Source: Promethearchaeia archaeon (GTDB lineage: Archaea; Asgardarchaeota; Lokiarchaeia; Sigyniarchaeales; SOKP01). Taken from it: a stretch of 64,000 bases of DNA. The notes under the pieces were generated by a model that was not told the DNA's origin, did no database searches, and was given only the letters and a program-made list of their open reading frames with translations. Positions 19,241-27,837 of the stretch are shown piece by piece (positions within the stretch are counted from its first letter, which is position 1; each line of letters opens with the position of its first letter). The stretch is taken from NCBI GenBank assembly GCA_029856125.1, contig JAHQWJ010000014.1:1-64000 (forward strand). Reading direction: 5' to 3'. A program made the translations under genes and the position numbers.

Positions 19241-21847
19241 TTATTGAGTATATATGTCTTTTTCAATTCTCGGAAAAAAAGCAAAAAAAATTGTTCCTTT
19301 TCCATATTCGCTTTCAACATACACTCCTCCATTATGAAGTTCGATCAATTCTTTCGCAATAGGTAATCCCAGACCTGTTCCGGGGATATCGCTTACCTGA
19401 TCTGACCTAAAAAATCTCTGAAATATGAAAGAAATATCTTTTTCTGAAATTCCAATTCCATTATCTTCAAATTGGAATAAGACTCCATCCTGGGCACTAG
19501 GATTATATTGCCCTTTATAATGATCAATTGCTTTAATTTCGATAGTATTCTTCTCTTTAGAATACTTTATAGCATTGTCAATAAATATACGAAATATTTG
19601 GTCAACTTTCTTACTGTCCCCATTTATTTTAATGTTTTCGCTAACATCTACCCTAAAAGTTATATTTTTTTGGTTTCCAATTGGTTCCATCAGTGCTAAG
19701 ATATCCGTAAGGAGTAGAAATGGCTGGTATTCTTTCCATTGCATTTTAGCTTTTCCTTCATCTATTCTCGAAAGCGTTAAAATATCTTCTATTAAGTCTT
19801 TCAGAAGATAGATATTTCTTGAGATTCCTTCTCTCAATTTTTTCTCGATTTCTGGAGTAATTTTATCAGTGTGGTTTTCTAAAAATTCAATCGACATTGT
19901 TAATACACTAACTGGTGTTCTCAATTCGTGAGAAACCGTAGAAACAAAACGACCCAAATTATCTTCGGCTTCTTTCCGAGCTGTTATATCCAAGCCATAT
20001 ATATTCGCATATTCCTTTCCTTTAATAGGCACTATGAAGAGGTAATAAACTCGATCTTTAATTTTTAATTCCATTTCTATATTCTTATCCATAGAAAATG
20101 CTTCGTTAACAGGTTTTATAAGGACATCTGGAATTCTACTACCTTCCCCTATTCTGAATAAAGTTTGGCCAGTCTTATTAGCTAAGAGGACATAATTTCT
20201 ACTTAATCTTAGCACGGGATTAGGATTTTCGGTGTAAAATTTTGCCATATCTGCTATTTTTTCTCGTGCAATTTTTTGCTCAGAAATATCTGTCACAAAC
20301 GCCATAGCACCGTTGAAATTTCCATTTTCATCAAATATTGGAGAAGATCTTACACTCGCAAATACCTTTTTACCTGATTTGTGAATAAACTCAAACTCGT
20401 GATCTTCCTCTATCCCCTGTCTACGTCTTTCAAAATTTGCCTCTGCGATTTTTTTTCCATCCTCGTCCGTAAATTCATAAAGATTAGCTCCAATCATCTC
20501 ATCAATCTCATAGCCAAACATTTTTGCCATGCTTTGATTAACAAAAGTAGTATTAGTTTCATCGTCAATTACCCATATACCTTCCAGGGAATCTTCAACT
20601 AACTTTCTATATTTTTCTTCCGATTTTTTCATCGCCACTTCAAGCTTACTGCGTTTAGTTATATTTGTGAAATTTTGAATTATTCCTACGAACTCCCCCT
20701 TAGTATTTCTGTAAGGGACAGACTGCACAATACTTACGATTTCAGTACCCTCGTCCAATTTAGTAGTTAATTCGTATTCATAATACTCTTTACCTTTTTC
20801 GATTTGTTTCATTGAGCACAAATCAGTATCACAAAGATGCCCAAGGGGCGATAAAGTAGGATCGTAACATTTCTTCCCTAATATTTGCTTTTCAGATATG
20901 TGAAAAAGATCAGTATATGTCTGATTTACCCGTATAATTTCACATTCTTTACTAATAACTCTCAGCGGAAGAGAAGCGTTAAAAACTTGGGTAAATTCTG
21001 AATATGCGTGTTCTAAATCTTCTGCTTTTTGTCTTAATGATTCGTCGCTTAACTTTAATTTTCTAAGTAACAATCCAAATGGATTCGTTAAGCCTATTTC
21101 AATTATTGCCTTGTATATGAAGAAAAATGCTAATATTTTTAAAATATGACCGATAAGATTTGAGAAGTCAAATACGCTCACATAGAATGTGAATGCAAGC
21201 TCTGAAACGATCGTTATGCTAATGGAAATAATGATTAATGAAAAGATCTTCCTATTAAATTCGTTCCTAAACTTATATAAAATTAATATTGAAGCTAATA
21301 GGATTGAATTTATTACGTACTCGCTTATAATTTTAAAGGGTGTTAGTCCAACACCTACGATAAAACAGGTTGGGAATAATCCCGTAAATATAGTAAAAAA
21401 AAGAATTGAAATAATAATTAAACCGCTATCCATCAAATAACTTGCTTTAACTTTTTTATTAATAGCAAGCGAAGCAAGAAGATAAGAAAATGATTGCCAA
21501 TATCTTGCTGCGATCCATAATTGCGTTGGTAAATTCGCATCGTAATCAAGAAAGATGTTCATTCCTGAATAGGATAACGTGTGGAGTAAATCGATTACGC
21601 TTATAAATAAGAAGGAAGTTCCAACTATTAAGAAGAAGGAACTATTCATGTATTTTCGAGAGTTCCAGCCAATAAAAAAAATTCCACCCGAAATTACGAT
21701 GCTAATAACCTCAGCAATCGAATGAAAAAGTAAATAACTATAGGTGCTTAGCAAAAATGTAAGCAATATCCCTATGATAAGGATGAAATACTCTATAAAA
21801 TCCCGCCAAAGTACTGATTTCTCTGATTCTGATTCTTGAGGAAACAA
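19241..21847 (-). CDS. Membrane sensor histidine kinase (MASE3-PAS-PAS-HisKA-HATPase)
   Basis: YLLFHSIAE, DLLHTLSYSGM, TQLWIAAR, NLIGH (MASE3-like); VSHELRTP, DNAIKY, GTGLGL. Confidence 0.92.
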   Translation of the reverse strand: MFPQESESEKSVLWRDFIEYFILIIGILLTFLLSTYSYLLFHSIAEVISIVISGGIFFIGWNSRKYMNSSFFLIVGTSFLFISVIDLLHTLSYSGMNIFLDYDANLPTQLWIAARYWQSFSYLLASLAINKKVKASYLMDSGLIIISILFFTIFTGLFPTCFIVGVGLTPFKIISEYVINSILLASILILYKFRNEFNRKIFSLIIISISITIVSELAFTFYVSVFDFSNLIGHILKILAFFFIYKAIIEIGLTNPFGLLLRKLKLSDESLRQKAEDLEHAYSEFTQVFNASLPLRVISKECEIIRVNQTYTDLFHISEKQILGKKCYDPTLSPLGHLCDTDLCSMKQIEKGKEYYEYELTTKLDEGTEIVSIVQSVPYRNTKGEFVGIIQNFTNITKRSKLEVAMKKSEEKYRKLVEDSLEGIWVIDDETNTTFVNQSMAKMFGYEIDEMIGANLYEFTDEDGKKIAEANFERRRQGIEEDHEFEFIHKSGKKVFASVRSSPIFDENGNFNGAMAFVTDISEQKIAREKIADMAKFYTENPNPVLRLSRNYVLLANKTGQTLFRIGEGSRIPDVLIKPVNEAFSMDKNIEMELKIKDRVYYLFIVPIKGKEYANIYGLDITARKEAEDNLGRFVSTVSHELRTPVSVLTMSIEFLENHTDKITPEIEKKLREGISRNIYLLKDLIEDILTLSRIDEGKAKMQWKEYQPFLLLTDILALMEPIGNQKNITFRVDVSENIKINGDSKKVDQIFRIFIDNAIKYSKEKNTIEIKAIDHYKGQYNPSAQDGVLFQFEDNGIGISEKDISFIFQRFFRSDQVSDIPGTGLGLPIAKELIELHNGGVYVESEYGKGTIFFAFFPRIEKDIYTQ

Positions 21848-21875
21848 TATAAGTTCACTTTTTTCTTATTTATTT

Positions 21876-22415
21876 TTATATAATCGATTTTTGAAAGACG
21901 GTATATATCGATGTTTTATAAATTTGATGCGGAAAGCTCTGTGGAATAATATTTTTGATCTGTTTTATCAAAGTCTGGATTAGTTCTTCGTTTATATCTT
22001 GGGTTATTAGCTCTATGTCAGGATCAAATTTATGTAGGAATAAAGAAAAATCCGGATTTAATTTATTTTTTTGTAATAGCGCAATAATTTTAGCTAAATA
22101 CTGTAAGGATAGATCGTATCGATCTCGATCTTGAATATCTAACACATAAATAAGTTTGCTCGTCCCTTTAATGTGATTTTTAAAGTCCTTAACATAATCT
22201 TCTCTAAATTTTTCTTGTCCCCCAAAATCCCAGATATTAAAGTCTGAGCCCATAGTATTAAATTTGTTGATTTCAAATCCTCTTGTTGGTTTTATAGCGC
22301 TAAATGACGTAAGATTTTTCACTCCTTTCAAACATAACACTATAGATGATTTACCACTATTATCTAAACCCATTATAACTATTTTCTTAGTAATCTTAGA
22401 ATCGTTTCTTTGCAT
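21876..22415 (-). CDS. Small GTPase, Rag/Arf-like
   Basis: GLDNSGKS, PTRG, WDFGGQ, LHKFD, TSIY. Confidence 0.88.
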   Translation of the reverse strand: MQRNDSKITKKIVIMGLDNSGKSSIVLCLKGVKNLTSFSAIKPTRGFEINKFNTMGSDFNIWDFGGQEKFREDYVKDFKNHIKGTSKLIYVLDIQDRDRYDLSLQYLAKIIALLQKNKLNPDFSLFLHKFDPDIELITQDINEELIQTLIKQIKNIIPQSFPHQIYKTSIYTVFQKSII

Positions 22416-22446
22416 ATTTAAAATCCTATACCATATCAAATAAAAC

Positions 22447-22782
22447 TTAAAAAAGGGTGTCTAAAATATCTTCATTACTCATAACTTGAAGTTTTTCTTT
22501 ATTAATTTCCGCAACGAATGACTTTATATCAATTAGGAGTTTAAAAACTTCTTTATTCTTGATTTTATAATACTTAATGTTGTTAATTCTATCAAAAATA
22601 ATGAGATTCATATTAGTTAAAACCTTTAAGTGCTGAGAGATTGTAGATTGAGATTTTTTCAGAGCTGATTGAATTTCAGAAGAGGTCTTCTTCTCATGAT
22701 ACAGTAAATCTAGTATCTCTAATCGAGTTTGATCGGATAGGACCTTTAAAAATTCGATGATATCTTTTTTAAGTTCACTCAT
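22447..22782 (-). CDS. ArsR/SmtB-family HTH regulator
   Basis: LSDQTRLEIL...SQSTISQHLKVL. Confidence 0.88.
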   Translation of the reverse strand: MSELKKDIIEFLKVLSDQTRLEILDLLYHEKKTSSEIQSALKKSQSTISQHLKVLTNMNLIIFDRINNIKYYKIKNKEVFKLLIDIKSFVAEINKEKLQVMSNEDILDTLF

Positions 22783-22950
22783 AAATTCTATTCAGCTGTA
22801 TTTTAGGATTATTGGGTATAATCGCATTTAAACCTATTTTTAATTAATTATTAAGTATTAATATTTAAATATAAGATCACCGCAATATTTATATATCGGC
22901 ATATCGTTATTAATGAATATAGATAAAATAAAATTTTTTCACCAATTCCT

Positions 22951-23463
22951 ATGGAAAGTAAAGTTTTTAAAATCGATGAAATAGACAAAAACATAATCGA
23001 AATAATACAAAGAGAGCCAATGCTCACTCATACTGAGATCGCAAAGAAAGTGAATCGAAGCCAGCCTACAATTGGAATGAGAATTCGCAAACTAGAAAAA
23101 GCAGGAGTTTTAAAATTTCAAGCTGGTATCAATGTGAAAACTATGGACTTACTGTTAGCAAGGGTTGAAATTCAGACGTTAAAACCAGATGAAACAGTTA
23201 AGTTAGTAAAAAGTTGTCCTCACATGTTAAACGCTTTCAGATTAAGTGGCACATCGAATCTTAGTATCCTAGTAGTAAGTGATAAACTCGCAGATCTAGA
23301 CGAGATTGTAAACCATCATTTTAGAAAAGATCCTAACGTAACAGAAGTTTATATGGATATTATAACCGATGTGACGAACGATTTTGTCCTCCCTTTTGAT
23401 TTTAATTTCGATAACTGTGGTTTAACTTCAAACCATGAGTGTTGTGGAAAATGTTTTGCCTAA
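22951..23463 (+). CDS. Lrp/AsnC-family regulator with Cys-rich tail
   Basis: IDEIDKNII...EIAKKVNRSQPTIGMRIRKLEKAG; RAM domain; C-terminal CGLTSNHECCGKC. Confidence 0.88.
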   Translation: MESKVFKIDEIDKNIIEIIQREPMLTHTEIAKKVNRSQPTIGMRIRKLEKAGVLKFQAGINVKTMDLLLARVEIQTLKPDETVKLVKSCPHMLNAFRLSGTSNLSILVVSDKLADLDEIVNHHFRKDPNVTEVYMDIITDVTNDFVLPFDFNFDNCGLTSNHECCGKCFA

Positions 23464-23645
23464 AATTCCAATAAAATTTTAGAATTGGATAACATCGATT
23501 TATAGAATAGAACAAGCATTTTTATTCCATTAACATCAAATTTTTAGCATATTCTACTTTTTTAGAATTTGATAGTGATCTTTATTCAATCAAAAAATCA
23601 AATTAAATAAATAATTGAATCTTATACAATTTAACTATTGAACTA

Positions 23646-23726
23646 GCCAGCGTATCCGAGTAGTTAAGGAGGCGGCCTGCAGAGCCGTTGCTTTCAGCAT
23701 CGTGGGTGCAAATCCCACCGCTGGCT
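23646..23726 (+). tRNA. tRNA-Cys(GCA) with long variable arm
   Basis: Acceptor GCCAGCG/CGCTGGC, U73, D-stem TCC/GGA, anticodon stem GCGGC/GCCGT with loop CT-GCA-GA, T-stem GTGGG/CCCAC; 13-nt variable region; CCA not encoded; directly upstream of cysS. Confidence 0.92.
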
Positions 23727-23771
23727 CTTAAACCATCTTCTAAATTAATTAATTTGGGTGTATCAACAATC

Positions 23772-25217
23772 ATGAAAGTATACAACAGTCTAACATTCCA
23801 AAAGGAAGAATTTGTTCCTATAGAGTCCGGAAAAATCAAGATGTATGTTTGTGGAGTTACAGTTTATGGGAGTCCACATCTAGGTCATGCAAAGTCTGCC
23901 GTCGCTTTTGATTTAATTCATAGGTTTTTAAAATATAAAGGATACGAGGTGAACATAGTAAAAAATTACACTGATATAGACGATAAAATTATCAAGAGCT
24001 CGCAAGAAAACAATGAAGATTATAGAGTACTAAGTGAACGCCATATCGGTGAATACGAAGAAATCATGAAATTGTTGAATGTTGAAAAAGACACTCAAAA
24101 TCCCCGAGCAACAGAAGTAATTGATCTTATTATCAAATTCGCTCAAGAATTAATTTCTAAAGGTCACGCTTATGAACGAAATGGATCGGTATATTTTTCA
24201 GTTAAGTCCTTTCCCAAATATACTACAATACTTCAAAGAATAAAGGAGCACGATACTGAAAGCGAAGAAGAGGATTACATGGTCGATCAAGACACGGCTT
24301 TCGGCGAAGATAAGCTCGATAAACGCGATTTTGCTTTATGGAAAAAAATGAAAGAAGGTGAGCCGTTTTGGGAAAGTCCTTGGGGTAAGGGTCGTCCTGG
24401 ATGGCACATCGAATGTTCAGTTATGATCTTACATTTCCTAGGAGAAACGATTGATATCCATGGCGGAGGGCAGGATCTTAAATTTCCTCATCATAGAAAC
24501 GAGATTGCCCAATCGGAATCTTATTCAGGTAAAGTATTTGCTAAATATTTTTTACATAATGGTTATGTTAACGTAAACAACGAAAAAATGTCAAAAAGCC
24601 TTAATAATTTTTTTACCGTTGCTGACATTATTAAAAATTACGATCCGATGGTTATCCGCTGGTATCTGATATCGAGTCATTACAGAAGTTCAAATAATTA
24701 CACTCCGGACAGTATGGAACCAGCAAAAAAGACTTACAATAGATTAATTAATACGATCAAGAAAGTTAACGATGCCGAGTTTAGCGAAGAACCGTCTAAC
24801 CAGCTTGATATTTTGACGAATAAAATTATAGAATCTAAACATAAAATTATTGAAGCCATGGACGACGATTTCGACACTCCCGTAGCTTTGGCTGAACTTC
24901 TAACGCTATTTAGAGAAATAAACAAAGCCTTATTACAAGATGGGTTAAAAATTAATCAATCATTCAAAGACCAATTTTTAAATTATATTGAGTTTATTGA
25001 AGAAATTTTCGGGATATTTCCTTTTTTAAAATCTAAAACGCTACCTTTTTCAAATGTTGACGCTGATGAGAAAGATATCCTCATAAAAAATCTTATTAAT
25101 TTAATTATTGAAACGAGAGCTAAGATAAGAGAAAAGAAGCTTTATGATATAAGCGACTTAATTCGAGAACGGTTAAAAGAATTGGGGCTTGATATCGAAG
25201 ATAAAAAAGTAAAATAA
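23772..25217 (+). CDS. cysS: Cysteinyl-tRNA synthetase
   Basis: MYVCGVTVY, HLGH, DFALWK, GRPGWHIECS, DIHGGGQDLKFPHH, KMSKS; ATG at 23772 (the track start lies inside the tRNA). Confidence 0.96.
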   Translation: MKVYNSLTFQKEEFVPIESGKIKMYVCGVTVYGSPHLGHAKSAVAFDLIHRFLKYKGYEVNIVKNYTDIDDKIIKSSQENNEDYRVLSERHIGEYEEIMKLLNVEKDTQNPRATEVIDLIIKFAQELISKGHAYERNGSVYFSVKSFPKYTTILQRIKEHDTESEEEDYMVDQDTAFGEDKLDKRDFALWKKMKEGEPFWESPWGKGRPGWHIECSVMILHFLGETIDIHGGGQDLKFPHHRNEIAQSESYSGKVFAKYFLHNGYVNVNNEKMSKSLNNFFTVADIIKNYDPMVIRWYLISSHYRSSNNYTPDSMEPAKKTYNRLINTIKKVNDAEFSEEPSNQLDILTNKIIESKHKIIEAMDDDFDTPVALAELLTLFREINKALLQDGLKINQSFKDQFLNYIEFIEEIFGIFPFLKSKTLPFSNVDADEKDILIKNLINLIIETRAKIREKKLYDISDLIRERLKELGLDIEDKKVK

Positions 25218-25264
25218 CTAATTTTTTAATTCCAATAAATAAAAATCTCTTTTAATACGTAAGT

Positions 25265-25672
25265 TTAAAGATTTGCGGTATTATTTACTATTTCTTCTTG
25301 CTCTTCGAGATTTTTGTAATGTTTATAAAGAATTGGGGCAAGTTTAACATCTTTAGTAGTAGAAACGGTTAAAACCTGATCTTCTCCAGCGTGTAGCACT
25401 AAAAGATATCCTTTTTCAGCTTGAATATACGATTGCTCAAACTCTCCTAATCCCATTTCTCCGATTGCTCGTTCGCTTAACGAACATAGTGCTGCTGTCA
25501 TTGCCGCAAAGCGCATATCATCCGCAGTTGCTGGTAGAATTGAGGCGAGAGGTTGACCTGTGTCTGCCGTAAGTTGAGCTGCTTTTACACCTTCAACATT
25601 ATCCATGATATCCTTTAAGAGTTCCTCTAGAGAAGATTTAAAAACTCTTCTTTTCCTTAACCCTTTCATCAC
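25265..25672 (-). CDS. Roadblock/LC7 domain protein
   Basis: GVKAAQL..DTGQPLAS, FAAMTAALCSLSERA, GEFEQSYIQAEKG. Confidence 0.88.
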   Translation of the reverse strand: MMKGLRKRRVFKSSLEELLKDIMDNVEGVKAAQLTADTGQPLASILPATADDMRFAAMTAALCSLSERAIGEMGLGEFEQSYIQAEKGYLLVLHAGEDQVLTVSTTKDVKLAPILYKHYKNLEEQEEIVNNTANL

Positions 25673-25848
25673 ACAAGAATTTTATTGAAATTATTAGATA
25701 TATACACTAAATATATATTATACCTTTGTTGCTTAAAAAGGAGACTTTCTAATATAAATTTTAGTACGATTTGATGATATCGAACTAATAAGTTAAGATA
25801 AAAACAATCAAAAAAAATAAAATAAAGGTTTAAGAGCATTCTTTGTTA

Positions 25849-26622
25849 TTATTTGAGACGACGCCCTAACTTTTTTCTTATAACAATAAATATTCCTATA
25901 CTTATAGCAGCTATTATGGAAATTATTGAAAATCCCGGTATAGCACCGTCACTGGGACTTGGGGGTGTTCCTGCTGTATAGGTAAGTGTCCAAATGTATC
26001 GCCATATATATATTGTTACACCTAAATCTTTCTCCACCATTTCGTCAAAAACATAGCTTAAAACCTTATCTGAATTAAATCTAATATTTCCTGTGTAAAT
26101 ATCTGTCTCATCTCCGTCGACAAAAGTTCCTGATAAAGAGAAATTATTTGTCGGAGCCTCTCCAAAGGTAAGCCATGAATTATCGGCAAGAGTTTGTAAT
26201 TGAGGTTTTGTAGTTTGTGTAATTTCAGTGTTACAAACTAAATAAACATGTACTGGATAAGGATTTGATGTATCGATTATTGGCGTCACCCAATTTTGGC
26301 TAGGAGTCCCAAAGTAATATAATGCATGACTAATTTCCCCCTCATAAACCGTACCGTTGTTATTGATAGTTCCATTCAAATATTCTGCTCCCGATGATCC
26401 TGCCCAATTCGTAAAATTAAACTCAAGGAAATAATGATGAGTGTAAGAAAGAGGATTATCTAGTCCAAATCCATCTTTATAATAGTAATATTTCGTTGCG
26501 TCCCATCTAAAATGTGCTCCAGGATCAACTGAATATTGGTTTGCTGCCAATGCAGGTCTAATCGAAGCTATTAATGTTAAACTGATCAATAATAGAAAAA
26601 TTGTTGGTTTTGAATTTTTCAT
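25849..26622 (-). CDS. Secreted surface protein with IPGF (Loki-CTERM/PGF-like) sorting signal
   Basis: N-terminal signal peptide; Pro/Ser linker, IPGF, TM helix, basic tail RKKLGRRLK. Confidence 0.75.
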   Translation of the reverse strand: MKNSKPTIFLLLISLTLIASIRPALAANQYSVDPGAHFRWDATKYYYYKDGFGLDNPLSYTHHYFLEFNFTNWAGSSGAEYLNGTINNNGTVYEGEISHALYYFGTPSQNWVTPIIDTSNPYPVHVYLVCNTEITQTTKPQLQTLADNSWLTFGEAPTNNFSLSGTFVDGDETDIYTGNIRFNSDKVLSYVFDEMVEKDLGVTIYIWRYIWTLTYTAGTPPSPSDGAIPGFSIISIIAAISIGIFIVIRKKLGRRLK

Positions 26623-26756
26623 ATAAATTACCTTTATATTACAATAATTGTATTCACAATAAGATAGAACAACTATTATTTAATCCTATTTAAAATTATT
26701 AAAGCACGAATAATTGAGACTTTCAAAGAGTTCGTATTAAAAGAAAAAGTCCAATT

Positions 26757-27452
26757 TCATATTTTAAATAATTTAAAACCACAATTAGTGCAAAATTTCG
26801 CATCAGTTAGTAGATTTTTAAATCCGCATTCGGGGCAAAAATGTAGGCTTCCCATTGTTTTAGATGCTGGGATATAATCCTTACCGGTATCCATTCTAGG
26901 TGGAATAATATCCTCTTTTCGTTTTGAATAGTATTGAAATACTCCGACTCCTACAAATGATAACGCTGCACTTAAAAAAAGGGAAACAACACCAAAACCG
27001 GGGCTGAATACGTCCCAAAAATGATACCCTGCTGGAAATATAGTACCCTCCACCGTTAATCCATTATAAAATGCGATGTCCATAGCCATCATGTAATATA
27101 TTGTAACGCCAATCGATAAAACAGCGCTAATGATTGACCTTAATCCAAAATTTTTTGTATCTAAGTTTCTCTTTCTTGTTGAACTAAAAAGTATCAATAA
27201 ATTAACCGCACTAAATAATGCAACGACAGTTGTAACTATCGAAGGTATAATAAAATCCACATCAGTAATGAACAAGCTAACGGAATCATACCCCACTACA
27301 CCCATTGTCGTAAGATTCCACATCCACCAATTCCAAGTTACACCCATATAACTGAAATAAGCTGTTGGAGTCAAAATTGCGAGTATTACCAAAATTCCAG
27401 CAATTAACGGAATTACCCAGACATTATTTCTTGTCTTTTTCTTTTCGTACAT
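26757..27452 (-). CDS. Four-TM membrane protein with C-terminal zinc ribbon
   Basis: Four hydrophobic segments; FCPECG...FCTNCG. Confidence 0.75.
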   Translation of the reverse strand: MYEKKKTRNNVWVIPLIAGILVILAILTPTAYFSYMGVTWNWWMWNLTTMGVVGYDSVSLFITDVDFIIPSIVTTVVALFSAVNLLILFSSTRKRNLDTKNFGLRSIISAVLSIGVTIYYMMAMDIAFYNGLTVEGTIFPAGYHFWDVFSPGFGVVSLFLSAALSFVGVGVFQYYSKRKEDIIPPRMDTGKDYIPASKTMGSLHFCPECGFKNLLTDAKFCTNCGFKLFKI

Positions 27453-27551
27453 TTCTAGTATTCAATATTGCTTTAACTATTATAAATATATTTCAAAATA
27501 TCCTTATTTACACAATACAAAAAATAAATTTTAACAAGGAGATAATAAACA

Positions 27552-27749
27552 ATGCCCGTAATCACAATTGAGGGGCCTCCTCGCAATAAAGAAACTAAAC
27601 GGAAGCTTGTAAAGCAATTTACAGCTATATTCAAAGAAGTTTATGGATACCCTGAAGATTTTTCTCACGTATCAATAATTATTCGCGAAAATGCCCCCGA
27701 AAATATAGGAACAAATGGAGAATTGTTAATTGATAAGAAGAAAAAATGA
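27552..27749 (+). CDS. 4-oxalocrotonate tautomerase family protein
   Basis: N-terminal catalytic Pro (MPVITIEG), IRENAPENIG; AAGGAG RBS. Confidence 0.85.
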   Translation: MPVITIEGPPRNKETKRKLVKQFTAIFKEVYGYPEDFSHVSIIIRENAPENIGTNGELLIDKKKK

Positions 27750-27837
27750 AGACATTAATCAATTCTAATCTTTTTTTTTATCGAACTCTCATATCGAGTC
27801 AAAAATATTTTTAGAAAAAGTAAGAGATAAAAAAGTT

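Noticed and set aside
23646-23726. tRNA-Sec, or an intron explaining the extra length
   Set aside because: The anticodon is GCA with a 7/5 fold and U73. The 8-9 extra nt are too short for an archaeal intron and show no bulge-helix-bulge.
23603-23839. 78-aa minus-strand ORF and the N-terminal extension of cysS from 23688
   Set aside because: Both overlap the tRNA gene; CysRS homology begins at ATG 23772.
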